A stretch of 49,094 nucleotides of DNA from Thermoplasmata archaeon (GTDB lineage: Archaea; Thermoplasmatota; Thermoplasmata; Lutacidiplasmatales; UBA184). Within the stretch, counting starts at the first letter, position 1, and every line of letters begins with the position of its first letter. A program made the position numbers and the translations under genes. The notes beneath the pieces were generated by a model, which was not told where the DNA came from, ran no database searches, and saw nothing but the letters and a program-made list of their open reading frames with translations. The stretch is from contig JBARJD010000139.1 of NCBI GenBank assembly GCA_049800095.1, positions 1-49,094 of the forward strand, in the 5' to 3' direction. Shown one piece after another: positions 34,310 to 43,077 of the stretch.

Positions 34310-35061
34310 AGCACGTGCCGAGCTGGTTGGAACAGTCATGGAAACGGGGCATTCTGACCACCCGTTATCCTCGAATCGCCGCTCAGCCTGGCGAGATTCC
34401 TGACACTGCCTTGCCGCCGATCCCGAACGGCCCCGCGGTCGCACTGGCGACGTCGACTTCCAGCTGCCCGACCGGCGCGATTACGCGCAACGCCGTCGAT
34501 CAAGGAAAGTGTATCCGGTGCGCCCGCTGCCGCGCGCAGGGCTTCGCTTTCGCCGGCCCGCTGGAATCCAGCGTCGCCCGACGCCCGGATCTAGTCTGGC
34601 TCGAAGGAACACCCCATCCGACGGAGGAGGCCGGTTCGCTGGTCGCGCTCGGGCGCTCCGTGCACGTGTTCCTCGTCGACGTCGGGAGTTGCAATGCGTG
34701 TAATCTAGAGGTCCTCGCACTGGCGAACCCGTACTACGATTCGCAACGACTCGGCATCTTCTTCACCAACTCTCCACGCCATGCGGACGTCCTGCTGGTC
34801 GTCGGGGTTCCTACCGCGGAGATGGTGGAGCCGATGCAGCGCGCCTACGCCGCCTTGCCCTCTCCCAAGGCGGTGGTGGCCGTAGGGGTCTGCCCCACGA
34901 GCGGGGGGATCTTCGCGGGGAACCCCGGTCTTCGTTCGTCCCTCGACGAGCTCGTGCCGGTCGACCGGTACGTGCCCGGCTGTCCACCGCACCCCTTGGC
35001 CGTGCTCGATGCCATTCTAACGCTGATGGGACGACATCGGCCGTCCGCAGGAGGTCGCTGA
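34306..35061 (+). CDS. NuoB/HycG-type small subunit fused to an N-terminal single-cluster ferredoxin-like remnant
   Basis: The NuoB/HycG core is DVGSCNACNLE, SPRHADVLLVVG, GVCPTSGG and VPGCPPHP. About 100 aa precede it, containing CPTGAI and CIRCARC. The start is inferred at GTG 34306, overlapping the upstream stop. Confidence 0.75.
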   Translation: MKHVPSWLEQSWKRGILTTRYPRIAAQPGEIPDTALPPIPNGPAVALATSTSSCPTGAITRNAVDQGKCIRCARCRAQGFAFAGPLESSVARRPDLVWLEGTPHPTEEAGSLVALGRSVHVFLVDVGSCNACNLEVLALANPYYDSQRLGIFFTNSPRHADVLLVVGVPTAEMVEPMQRAYAALPSPKAVVAVGVCPTSGGIFAGNPGLRSSLDELVPVDRYVPGCPPHPLAVLDAILTLMGRHRPSAGGR

Positions 35062-35062
35062 G

Positions 35063-37066
35063 ATGGACCCCTTCGGCCTCGTACTCACGTTCGCGATCGC
35101 GTCGTTCTTCGCCGGAGCCGCGCTCGCGTTCCTGGGCCGGCGTGTGGCGTATGCGGCCACGATCGTGGGCGCGACGGGCCTGGTCGTGGTTGCGGTCCGC
35201 GTGATCCTGCTCGGGCCGGTACAGGGTCCGATGTGGACCGGCCCGCTCGGCGAAATGGAATCGTTCGGCCTCGACGGCCTGTCGGCATTCTTCGCGCTGG
35301 CCGCGGGACTCGTCTGGATTTCGACATCGGTCTACTCCCTCTACTACGACGACGGTCCGTCGCCGCTGCTCGCCCTCACCTACGCGGTAACGCTCGGATC
35401 GATCGCCGTGCTGGTGTCGGCGTCGAGCTTCCTACTCTTCCTGATGGGGTGGGAATCGATGACGCTGGCCTCCTTCGGAATGATACTCCAAGCGTCGGGG
35501 AAATCTCCTCGGATCTTCTCGGCCGCGTTCGTCTTCCTTGCCTTCGGCGAGGCGAGCACTCTCTTCGTATTCCTGGCCGTGGCCGGGTACCGGGTTGCGG
35601 CCGGTACCTTCACGATCATGCCCGTCGCAATGGCCGCCCCGCTCGCCACCCTTGTGTTCGTCGTGGGCCTCATCGGGTTCGGTCTCAAGATGGGCGTGGC
35701 CCCGTTCCACATGAGCGAATGGCTTCCGATCGCTCACTCATCGGCGCCTTCGAATGCATCCGCGGTGCTGAGCTCCACGCTGACGTTGGCCGGAGCCTAC
35801 GGCCTCTTCCGCCTCTTGAGCATCCTACCGACGCCGCCGGTCTGGTGGGGGGCGGTCACGCTCTCGATCGGTGCCGTCTCGGCCCTGCTCGGAGCCCTCT
35901 TCGCCTCGGTGAGCGAGCACACGAAAGGGCTCCCGGCGTACAGCACCATCGAAAACAACGGACTCATCCTGGTCGCGGTGGGCGTCGCGCTGGTGGCCCG
36001 GTCCGAGGGACTGATGACCCTCTACGTCTTCGCGCTGTTCGCGGCCTTCTATCAGGCCCTCGCGCATGCGGTGGCCAAGACCGCGCTGTTCCTCAGCGCG
36101 GGATACGTCGAACACTCGACGCACACCTTCGACCTGAACGTGGTCCAGGGACGCGCGAAGAACGCCGCTCGAGGCGCCGTGGCCGGAGCCCTCATCGCCC
36201 CGCTCAGCCTCGCGGCGGCGCCCCCCCTGGCGGGCTTTGTGAGCGAGTGGATGATCCTCGAGGCGCTCTTCCAGTCGTTCCGGTTCACTCCCCCCGCCAT
36301 GCAGTTCGTCGGCTTGCTCGCCGGTGCTGCCGTCGCGCTGGCGGCGGGCCTTGTCCTCGTGGCGATGGTGAAGTACATCGGATTCTCGACCCTGTGGCAG
36401 CCCTCCCGGCCCGGCGCGGCCGACCGACCCGCCGGATTGGGTACCGTCCTCGCGGCGATGGCCGTCGCCATCGCCGGACTGGGAGTCGGCGCGCCGTGGG
36501 TGCTCCGGTTCCTCACTCCCTCGGTGTCGGCGTTCGCCCATGTCGCCGTCACCGCTCCCGTGTCCGGGCTCCTCTCCATCCCGTTCGGCTGGTCGATCGT
36601 CTCGGGCTCGCCGTTCGGGATCCTGTCCCCACCGGCCGTTCCAATCTTCATTGGGGGGGGACTCCTCGTCGCGCTGGGGTACTACGCGCTCGGGGTCCGG
36701 ACACCGGTGCGTCGGATTGCGTCCTGGATGGCCGGGAGTCCGCCCGGCCGAGTTGAGGAGACGTACACGTCGTTCGGTTACAGCACAGGAGTCCGGATCA
36801 TGTTCCGGTCGATCCTGCGCACGCGGGAAGTGCGGGCCCACTCCGGTACATTCACTCGTGCGGCGATGGAGACGCCGGTCGCGTACAACGTCGAACTCGA
36901 GGTACTCGACCCGTTCAAGATCTTTTACGACGAACTGGTCCGGTTCGGAATGGGAGTCTCCACCGCTCTCAAGGAGGGAGTCATGCCGGGTCGCGTGGGG
37001 CGGTATCTCGCGTATCTCCTGGTCGCGACACTCGTCGTCGTCATCTACGTCGCGATCGCGGTCTGA
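35063..37066 (+). CDS. Ehr/Hyf-like complex antiporter-like subunit (HyfB/NuoL family)
   Basis: 667 aa, against 672 aa for HyfB. It is polytopic, contains PFHMSEWLPIAHSSAPSNASAVLS, and has a C-terminal extension typical of the L-type subunit. Confidence 0.8.
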   Translation: MDPFGLVLTFAIASFFAGAALAFLGRRVAYAATIVGATGLVVVAVRVILLGPVQGPMWTGPLGEMESFGLDGLSAFFALAAGLVWISTSVYSLYYDDGPSPLLALTYAVTLGSIAVLVSASSFLLFLMGWESMTLASFGMILQASGKSPRIFSAAFVFLAFGEASTLFVFLAVAGYRVAAGTFTIMPVAMAAPLATLVFVVGLIGFGLKMGVAPFHMSEWLPIAHSSAPSNASAVLSSTLTLAGAYGLFRLLSILPTPPVWWGAVTLSIGAVSALLGALFASVSEHTKGLPAYSTIENNGLILVAVGVALVARSEGLMTLYVFALFAAFYQALAHAVAKTALFLSAGYVEHSTHTFDLNVVQGRAKNAARGAVAGALIAPLSLAAAPPLAGFVSEWMILEALFQSFRFTPPAMQFVGLLAGAAVALAAGLVLVAMVKYIGFSTLWQPSRPGAADRPAGLGTVLAAMAVAIAGLGVGAPWVLRFLTPSVSAFAHVAVTAPVSGLLSIPFGWSIVSGSPFGILSPPAVPIFIGGGLLVALGYYALGVRTPVRRIASWMAGSPPGRVEETYTSFGYSTGVRIMFRSILRTREVRAHSGTFTRAAMETPVAYNVELEVLDPFKIFYDELVRFGMGVSTALKEGVMPGRVGRYLAYLLVATLVVVIYVAIAV

Positions 37067-37103
37067 GGCGAGGGTCGCCGGTCGTGCCGCCGATGAGGGT
37101 CCG

Positions 37104-37568
37104 TCAGGGGACGACCGTCACCGGCCGCCCGGACCGGTCGAGGAGGGCGGCGGAGACGGAGCCGAGGAGGGTCCTGGCCGCGCCCCGGAGTCCCCGGGTG
37201 CCGACCACAATCCAGTCCGCCTTGATCTCGTCCGCGGCCGCGAGCAGCACCGTGATAGGAGACCCCCCTCGGCTCCACGCGGTGAGGGTGACCCCCTCCC
37301 GCGTCGCTTCTTCTTGCAGGTCACGGAGGACCTCACCGATCGCGTCCACCTCGGAGGCCTGCTCCTCATCGGTACGGGGTTCCATCACCAACGCAGGAGG
37401 CTGGGCGGCGTGCACCAGCCAGATCGCGGCGCCCCCCCGACGGGCGATTCCGAGAGCGAACTGCACCGCTCGGTACGACGCGTCCGATCCGTCGTATCCC
37501 ACGAGCATCCGGAGGGCCGGTGGGGGCCTCGAATTGGCATGGATCGGAGTGCGCGAGGGGGTGTTCAT
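37104..37568 (-). CDS. Universal stress protein (UspA family)
   Basis: The sequence runs MLVGYDGSDASYRAV.FA...A......L.HA, with the C-terminal ATP-binding pattern VVGTRGLRGAARTLLGSVS. Confidence 0.8.
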   Translation of the reverse strand: MNTPSRTPIHANSRPPPALRMLVGYDGSDASYRAVQFALGIARRGGAAIWLVHAAQPPALVMEPRTDEEQASEVDAIGEVLRDLQEEATREGVTLTAWSRGGSPITVLLAAADEIKADWIVVGTRGLRGAARTLLGSVSAALLDRSGRPVTVVP

Positions 37569-38047
37569 GGCCGACCCTCGTTGGGACGTCGCGGAAGGTA
37601 GCGATCTCCGGCGTTCTCAGTGTCCGCGTCCCCACGGGGAGGGTCCCCGTGCCCGGAGGCCCGTATCATCCCTTCGAGGGCCCGGACCCGCCGAGAAAGC
37701 AACGCGTTGTCCGCGTAGTACTCGTAAGCTTGGAAATTCAGGCGCGCCCGATCCTGAGCGCAAGCAGTGAGGGACTTCGCCAGCTGCTCGAGTCGGCTCC
37801 CCGTCGATACCCCGAGGCCGGCCTCCGGGCTGGAGGCTACGCGCGGGGGTGGGGGAGGAAGGAGCGGGAGCATCGTGAGAAGCCAAACCCACAGCCCCCT
37901 CAATCCCACTTCGTCCAGGTCGAGCCAAGGTCGAATGGCGGCGCGAAGCTCCGGCGGGGGTTCGACGTAGTCGTTCCGGATCCGTTCTGCGCCGCCCGGA
38001 CGTCGGCGGTCGCTCTTCTGGGTGGCCGCTTCCAATTCCCTGGGCAT
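37565..38047 (-). CDS. Hypothetical protein (one hydrophobic segment, proline run, helical C-terminus)
   Basis: 160 aa. Its stop overlaps the usp start (ATGA on the minus strand). No family was recognised. Confidence 0.35.
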   Translation of the reverse strand: MPRELEAATQKSDRRRPGGAERIRNDYVEPPPELRAAIRPWLDLDEVGLRGLWVWLLTMLPLLPPPPPRVASSPEAGLGVSTGSRLEQLAKSLTACAQDRARLNFQAYEYYADNALLSRRVRALEGMIRASGHGDPPRGDADTENAGDRYLPRRPNEGRP

Positions 38048-38175
38048 CCCGCTTCTCCCCAGGGGTCATCGGCAGCGCGCTGCAGTTCGCGGACGCGCCC
38101 GCGTCCGTTGGCTGACCCCACAGCCCGCGGGAGAAACGACACGAGGGTATTTGTCGGGTTCGGGCTCCGAAGCCG

Positions 38176-38667
38176 CTAGCGGCGCGAGGTAGTTCGCGCA
38201 TCGCTCACGTCCGTCAGGATGCTCTGATTAACCTGCGGCGAATCCGGGGCCTTGGACGTAGGGTCGATCCAGGCGAAGTCGATCGCTTCCCGGCTGGGCC
38301 GAGGGACGCTCCCGTTGACCGCGTGCGCCAGGAAAGACACAATCACCCAGTGGACTTTAGGGCCCGTGGGGCCTCCGGTAAAGTCCTCGTACACGCCCAG
38401 AAGCCTCTCGATCTCCACGTCCAGACCGAGCTCTTCCCCGACTTCCCGGGCCGCCGCCTCTCGCAATGTTTCGCCCGGGCGAGGGTGTCCCTGCGGCACC
38501 ACCCAGGATTTGCGGTACGGCTCGTCTTCTTCGCGCATGACGAGGACCCTTCCATCCTTCCCGACCGCCGTCGCTGCGAGCAGCCGCACCGTCGTGTCCC
38601 GATTCTCTTCGAGACGGTAGGGTTGGCCGACGTCGCCTCTCGTTCGCTCTCGGTGCGCAGGGTGCAT
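38176..38667 (-). CDS. NUDIX hydrolase
   Basis: The Nudix box GHPRPGETLREAAAREVGEELGL matches GX5EX7REUXEEXGU. Confidence 0.8.
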   Translation of the reverse strand: MHPAHRERTRGDVGQPYRLEENRDTTVRLLAATAVGKDGRVLVMREEDEPYRKSWVVPQGHPRPGETLREAAAREVGEELGLDVEIERLLGVYEDFTGGPTGPKVHWVIVSFLAHAVNGSVPRPSREAIDFAWIDPTSKAPDSPQVNQSILTDVSDARTTSRR

Positions 38668-38701
38668 CCGTCCGCTCGGTCCAGAACGCGACCCGCCGGT
38701 C

Positions 38702-40180
38702 CTACTTCTTGGCCTTGCCGGTACCCAGGTTCACGATCACATTCTTGCGCCGAGTATACACCAGCGGGGCGTCCCGACCTTGCTCGAAGCCCACGCCGGA
38801 TTCCTTGTAGCCTCCGAACGGGGTTTGGGGGAAGGTCATCGGAGGTTCGTTGATCGTGATCATCCCGGCCTCGAGCTGGCGAGCGACCCCGTGGGCCGTG
38901 GCGAGGTCGCGTGTCCAGATGGAGGCAAACAGACCGTATTGTGTCCGGTTGGCCAGCCGGAGCGCCTGGTCCGCATTCTCGAACCGGTGCACCGCGAGGA
39001 CGGGGCCGAAGACCTCCTCCCGGACTATCCGGGCCTCTGGATCCACGTCCGTCACGACGGTGGGCTCGACAAAATTCCCCGCTTGGAGTTCGGGGGCGGA
39101 CGGCCGACCGCCCCCTAGGAATACCCGGGCGCCTCCGTCGCGCGCCTCGCTGACGAAGCCCAAGACCCGTTCCATTTGGTCCTTCGAGACGAGAGGTCCC
39201 ATCGTCACACCGGTCTCTACTCCGGCGCCCAGCTTGAGCCCTTGAGCCACTACCTTGAGTTTCTCCAGCAGGGCGGCCTCCACACCGGCCTCTACAACGA
39301 GCCGAGAACCGGCCCAGCACATCTGTCCCGAGTTCTGGAAGATCCCGGTGGCGATCGCCCGCGCGGCGCGTTCGAGGTCGGCGTCCGGGAACACGACCAC
39401 CGGACTCTTCCCCCCCAGCTCGAGCACCGTCGGGATCATGCGAGCCGCCGCGAGCTCGGCGATCCGCCGACCCACCTCACCGCTGCCCGTGAACGACACG
39501 GAGGCGCAACGGAAATCGGTCAGGAGGGCCTCTCCGACCTCGCGACCGTCCCCCACTACGACGTTAAGGATCCCGTCCGGGATGCCGGCCTCGTGGGCCA
39601 GCCCGGCGAATCGAAGCGCCGAGAGCGGCGTCAAGCTCGCCGGCTTCAACACCACCGCGTTGCCGGCGGCCAGCGCCGGGGCGATCGACCGGACGGCCAA
39701 CAGGAGCGGGTAGTTCCACGGCGCGATATGGACCGTGACCCCGAGGGGCTCGCGCACGGTGTAGTCGAACCGTGGACCCGGGATCGGAATCGTTTCGCCC
39801 TCGATCTTGTCGGCCAGTCCGGCCATGTACTCGAGCGTCCGGACGACGAAGTCGATGTCGCCCTTGGACTCGCGAAGGGGCTTGCCCATGTTGAGCGTCT
39901 CGAGCTCCGCGAAGGCCGCGGCCTGCTCCTCGAGGAGGTGTGCCAGACGGAAGAGCGCCTTCGTGCGCTGCGAGCCGTCTCCCCCGGCCCAACCGGATTC
40001 TCGGAACGCCCGCTCCGCGACCTCCAAGGCCTGGTGCGCGTCCGGGGCGCCGCCCACCGCCGTGACGGCCAGCGGCTTGTTCGTCGCGGGGTTGAGCAAC
40101 GTGACCCGACGGCCGTCGGTCGCGGGAATCTCCTTCCCACCGATGAACAGGCCGAACGGAGTGTCGATGACCGCCGACAT
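38702..40180 (-). CDS. NAD(P)-dependent aldehyde dehydrogenase
   Basis: FIGGKE, APWNYPL, FTGS.EVG, ELGGKSP and the catalytic Cys region GQMCWAGSR. The start is set at ATG 40180 (MSAVIDTPFGLFIGG), giving 492 aa. Confidence 0.9.
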   Translation of the reverse strand: MSAVIDTPFGLFIGGKEIPATDGRRVTLLNPATNKPLAVTAVGGAPDAHQALEVAERAFRESGWAGGDGSQRTKALFRLAHLLEEQAAAFAELETLNMGKPLRESKGDIDFVVRTLEYMAGLADKIEGETIPIPGPRFDYTVREPLGVTVHIAPWNYPLLLAVRSIAPALAAGNAVVLKPASLTPLSALRFAGLAHEAGIPDGILNVVVGDGREVGEALLTDFRCASVSFTGSGEVGRRIAELAAARMIPTVLELGGKSPVVVFPDADLERAARAIATGIFQNSGQMCWAGSRLVVEAGVEAALLEKLKVVAQGLKLGAGVETGVTMGPLVSKDQMERVLGFVSEARDGGARVFLGGGRPSAPELQAGNFVEPTVVTDVDPEARIVREEVFGPVLAVHRFENADQALRLANRTQYGLFASIWTRDLATAHGVARQLEAGMITINEPPMTFPQTPFGGYKESGVGFEQGRDAPLVYTRRKNVIVNLGTGKAKK

Positions 40181-40235
40181 GAGGAACAGCTTGTCAGAGG
40201 GCCGGCCAGCTAAACCTTTGTGGCCCACGCGCCGC

Positions 40236-41378
40236 TCAATGGCCGAGCCGGTAGGACCGGCCTTTCCATTGGACGGGACGGCCGCGGATACCCCGGCCGA
40301 GCGCGACGAGCACGAGGACGAGGTAGTACCCGACGGCCACGGGGAACAGGAGACCGTAGGCACCGGAGCCCCGGGCCGCTCGGTTGAACGCGACATGCTT
40401 TCCGAACAGCGCGACCCAGAGGAGCGCCCCTGCCACCGTCACCCAGAGAGAACCGGTCAGCCATCCAATCGGAAGGAGAGTGAGGGGCAGCCAGTACAGC
40501 GTCACAAGGGCCACGGCGAAGAGGACCTGACGGGCCGCGGAGAAACGGACGCCGGAGACCGTCTTGAGGATCCCTTCGTACATATCGTCGGGAGTCCGGT
40601 ACATCCGCGTCGTTAGGAGCTCGGGGGTCCAGGCGACCCGAAGCACCTTCCCCGCCGAACGGAATCGCTGGGCGAGCGCGACGTCCTCTAGCACGCGATC
40701 GTGGATCGCCTGGTGTCCCCCGGTCCCTTCGTACGCCGTCCGACGAACCAGCAGGAACTGGCCGTTGGCCATCGCCGTCTTCGAGTCCGCCCGGTTCACG
40801 CGCGGGGTCCGGAAATAGGTCAGCACCATCTGGATGTAGAACGGGAGCACGATTTTCTCCCAGACACCCACCATTTCGATTCGACTCGCGAAGGTCACGA
40901 GATCGGCCCGGTCGCGCTCGGCCCACTCCACCGCCGTCCAGACCGCGTCCGGACCGGGCCGGACATCCGCGTCGGTGAAGAGGAGGTACTCGCCGCCGGC
41001 CCGGTGTGCGCCGTTCCAACAGGCCCAGCTCTTTCCCACCCATCCCTCCGGCAGCGGCGGTTCTTCGAGCAGACTGACCCGGGGTCCTCGGGCCTGCGCG
41101 ACGGTCCGTGTACCGTCCGTCGAGCCTCCGTCGACGACGAGGATTTCGAGATTGGGATAGGTCTGGGAGAGGAGGCCCTCAAGGCACGCCCCGAGATCCT
41201 CTTCCTCATTCCGGGCCGGGATGATCACCGACACGAGGGGGGAGGTAGGGGGCGACGCCGCGGAACGCGGGCCGCGGGGGTGAGGCATCTGGACGGCCAG
41301 ATAGAGCGGAACGCCCTGCGCGACGAAAACCAGAATCGCGTAGGCAACGAGCAGGACCGTCCACGCGACCGAGAGCAT
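40236..41378 (-). CDS. Family 2 glycosyltransferase with flanking TM helices
   Basis: VSVIIPARNEEEDLGACLEGLLSQTYP..EILVVDGGSTDGT, the DxD-like FTDADV, and QFLLVRR. There is one N-terminal TM helix and several C-terminal ones. Confidence 0.8.
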   Translation of the reverse strand: MLSVAWTVLLVAYAILVFVAQGVPLYLAVQMPHPRGPRSAASPPTSPLVSVIIPARNEEEDLGACLEGLLSQTYPNLEILVVDGGSTDGTRTVAQARGPRVSLLEEPPLPEGWVGKSWACWNGAHRAGGEYLLFTDADVRPGPDAVWTAVEWAERDRADLVTFASRIEMVGVWEKIVLPFYIQMVLTYFRTPRVNRADSKTAMANGQFLLVRRTAYEGTGGHQAIHDRVLEDVALAQRFRSAGKVLRVAWTPELLTTRMYRTPDDMYEGILKTVSGVRFSAARQVLFAVALVTLYWLPLTLLPIGWLTGSLWVTVAGALLWVALFGKHVAFNRAARGSGAYGLLFPVAVGYYLVLVLVALGRGIRGRPVQWKGRSYRLGH

Positions 41379-41442
41379 CCCTCCGCCGAAGCGGGCCCCT
41401 AATTAACAGGCGGCCGCTCGGTCGGCACCGAGGCCCGACGCG

Positions 41443-43047
41443 ATGCCGACCGTCTCGCATCCCCGAATCCGACCCGACGTGCTGGAGGAGCGCGCGTATC
41501 AGTCCTCCATCGCCGAGGCGGCGATCAAGGCGAACACGCTCGTCGTGCTCCCGACCGGACTCGGGAAGACCGCGATCGCGCTCCGCGTCGCGGCGGAGTT
41601 CCTCCTGAGAGAACCGACCCGGTCGATCCTGTTGATGGCCCCGACCAAGCCGCTGGTCGCGCAGCACGCCCGCAGCGTCGCGCAGACCCTCTTCTGCCCT
41701 CCGCCGCTCGTGCTCACCGGAGAGATCTCGCCCGAGCGACGCCAGACCCTGCTCTCCCCACCTCAGGTCGTCGTGGCGACCCCCCAGGTGATCGCCAACG
41801 ACCTGGCCCAGGGAAACTTTCCACTCTACACGTTCTCCCTTGTAATCTTCGACGAGGCGCATCGGGCCGTAGGGGACTACCCGTACGTCGCGATCGGGCA
41901 GGCGCTCCGGGCCACCGACACCCGCGCGCTCGCCATGACGGCCTCGCCCGGCTCCCAGCGCGAACGAGTCCAAGCCGTGTGGGCGAACCTCGGGATCGAG
42001 CATTTCGAACTGCGCATCGCAACGGATCCCGATGTGGCACCGTATACTCACGGAACGCAGGTCGAAACTTTCCCGGTCCCCCTCCCAGCGGAGGTGCGCC
42101 AGCTGAGCGTGTATCTCCGAAGCGTCGTCCAGAAACAGACGGAGATCCTCCATCACACCGGATATTTTCCGAGCACGAACCCAAGTCGTCAGGAGCTGCT
42201 CGCCGTCGGTTTCACCCTGCGGCGTGAGATCGCCGCCGCCCGCAAGAGGGGTGAAAATCCGGACGGCCGCGTCTGGCAGGCGGTCACGGCGCAAGCGGTG
42301 GCGATGAAAGCCTTACACGGTCTCATCCTGGCCGAGACCCAAGGGGTCGAGGCGCTCCGCAAGTACCTGGGCGGTCGGGGGGAGAAGAAGAACGGACGGG
42401 TGCGCCCGTCCGACCGGGCCTTCCTGAGCGATCCGGACATTGTCGAACTCCAGCGCAAGCTCGACGGCCTGGACATCGAGCACCCCAAGCTCGCCGCCGC
42501 GGTGGAGATCGTCACGAAGGAGATCGCGTCCAATCCGTTGGCCCGAGTGATCCTCTTCGCGCACTACCGACAAACCGCCGATACGTTGGTCGAGCAGTTC
42601 GCGAAGCAACCCAACCGCCCGGTCCGAGCGGCTCGGTTCGTGGGTCAGGCTTCCCACGGCACCGATACCGGGCTGTCCCAGAAACAGCAGGTCGACCTGC
42701 TGGACCGATTCCGGAGCGGCGAAGTGAACTGTCTGGTGGCGACCTCGGTGGGGGAGGAAGGACTCGATATTCCTTCGACGGACCTCGTGGTGTTCTACGA
42801 ACCGGTGCCGGACGAGGTCCGGACCATCCAGCGTCGGGGAAGAACGGGCCGATACCGGGCCGGACGCGTGGTCGTCCTGATCACGACGGGCACCCGCGAT
42901 GTCGGTACCTACCTCTCGGCCGGCCGCAAGGAACAGCGCATGCACGAGATGCTGGAGAAGGTGGAGGCGCAGTCCCGCAAAGGTCCCCTCACGCCCCCTC
43001 CCAAGCCGACCGTTCAGTCGACGCTGGACGAGGTCTCCTCGTCCTGA
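41443..43047 (+). CDS. hef: Hef/FANCM-like SF2 helicase (helicase domains only)
   Basis: RAYQ, PTGLGKT (motif I), FDEAHRA (motif II), TASPG (motif III), an inserted helical domain, and QRRGRTGR (motif VI). The ORF ends about 75 aa after motif VI, with no XPF-type nuclease region. Confidence 0.75.
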   Translation: MPTVSHPRIRPDVLEERAYQSSIAEAAIKANTLVVLPTGLGKTAIALRVAAEFLLREPTRSILLMAPTKPLVAQHARSVAQTLFCPPPLVLTGEISPERRQTLLSPPQVVVATPQVIANDLAQGNFPLYTFSLVIFDEAHRAVGDYPYVAIGQALRATDTRALAMTASPGSQRERVQAVWANLGIEHFELRIATDPDVAPYTHGTQVETFPVPLPAEVRQLSVYLRSVVQKQTEILHHTGYFPSTNPSRQELLAVGFTLRREIAAARKRGENPDGRVWQAVTAQAVAMKALHGLILAETQGVEALRKYLGGRGEKKNGRVRPSDRAFLSDPDIVELQRKLDGLDIEHPKLAAAVEIVTKEIASNPLARVILFAHYRQTADTLVEQFAKQPNRPVRAARFVGQASHGTDTGLSQKQQVDLLDRFRSGEVNCLVATSVGEEGLDIPSTDLVVFYEPVPDEVRTIQRRGRTGRYRAGRVVVLITTGTRDVGTYLSAGRKEQRMHEMLEKVEAQSRKGPLTPPPKPTVQSTLDEVSSS

Positions 43048-43077
43048 CGGGAACGCAACCGGAAACGGGCAGGACGG

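Noticed and set aside
29956-37066. Calling the cluster a functional hydrogenase-4 / formate hydrogenlyase or Mbh-type H2-evolving hydrogenase.
   Set aside because: The large-subunit homologue has Ser, Phe, Gln and Glu at the four NiFe cysteine positions. No hyp/hycI maturation genes, formate dehydrogenase or HyfA are present. Only the scaffold is hydrogenase-like.
38702-40396. Long N-terminal extensions suggested by the ORF track. They affect the aldehyde dehydrogenase (564 aa), gap (374 aa), thiL (368 aa), the first ABC ATPase (355 aa) and the NuoB-like small subunit (start 34210).
   Set aside because: The extensions are unconserved, overlap upstream genes and lack family similarity. Internal ATG/GTG codons give canonical N-termini: 40180, 4218, 5521, 6521 and 34306.
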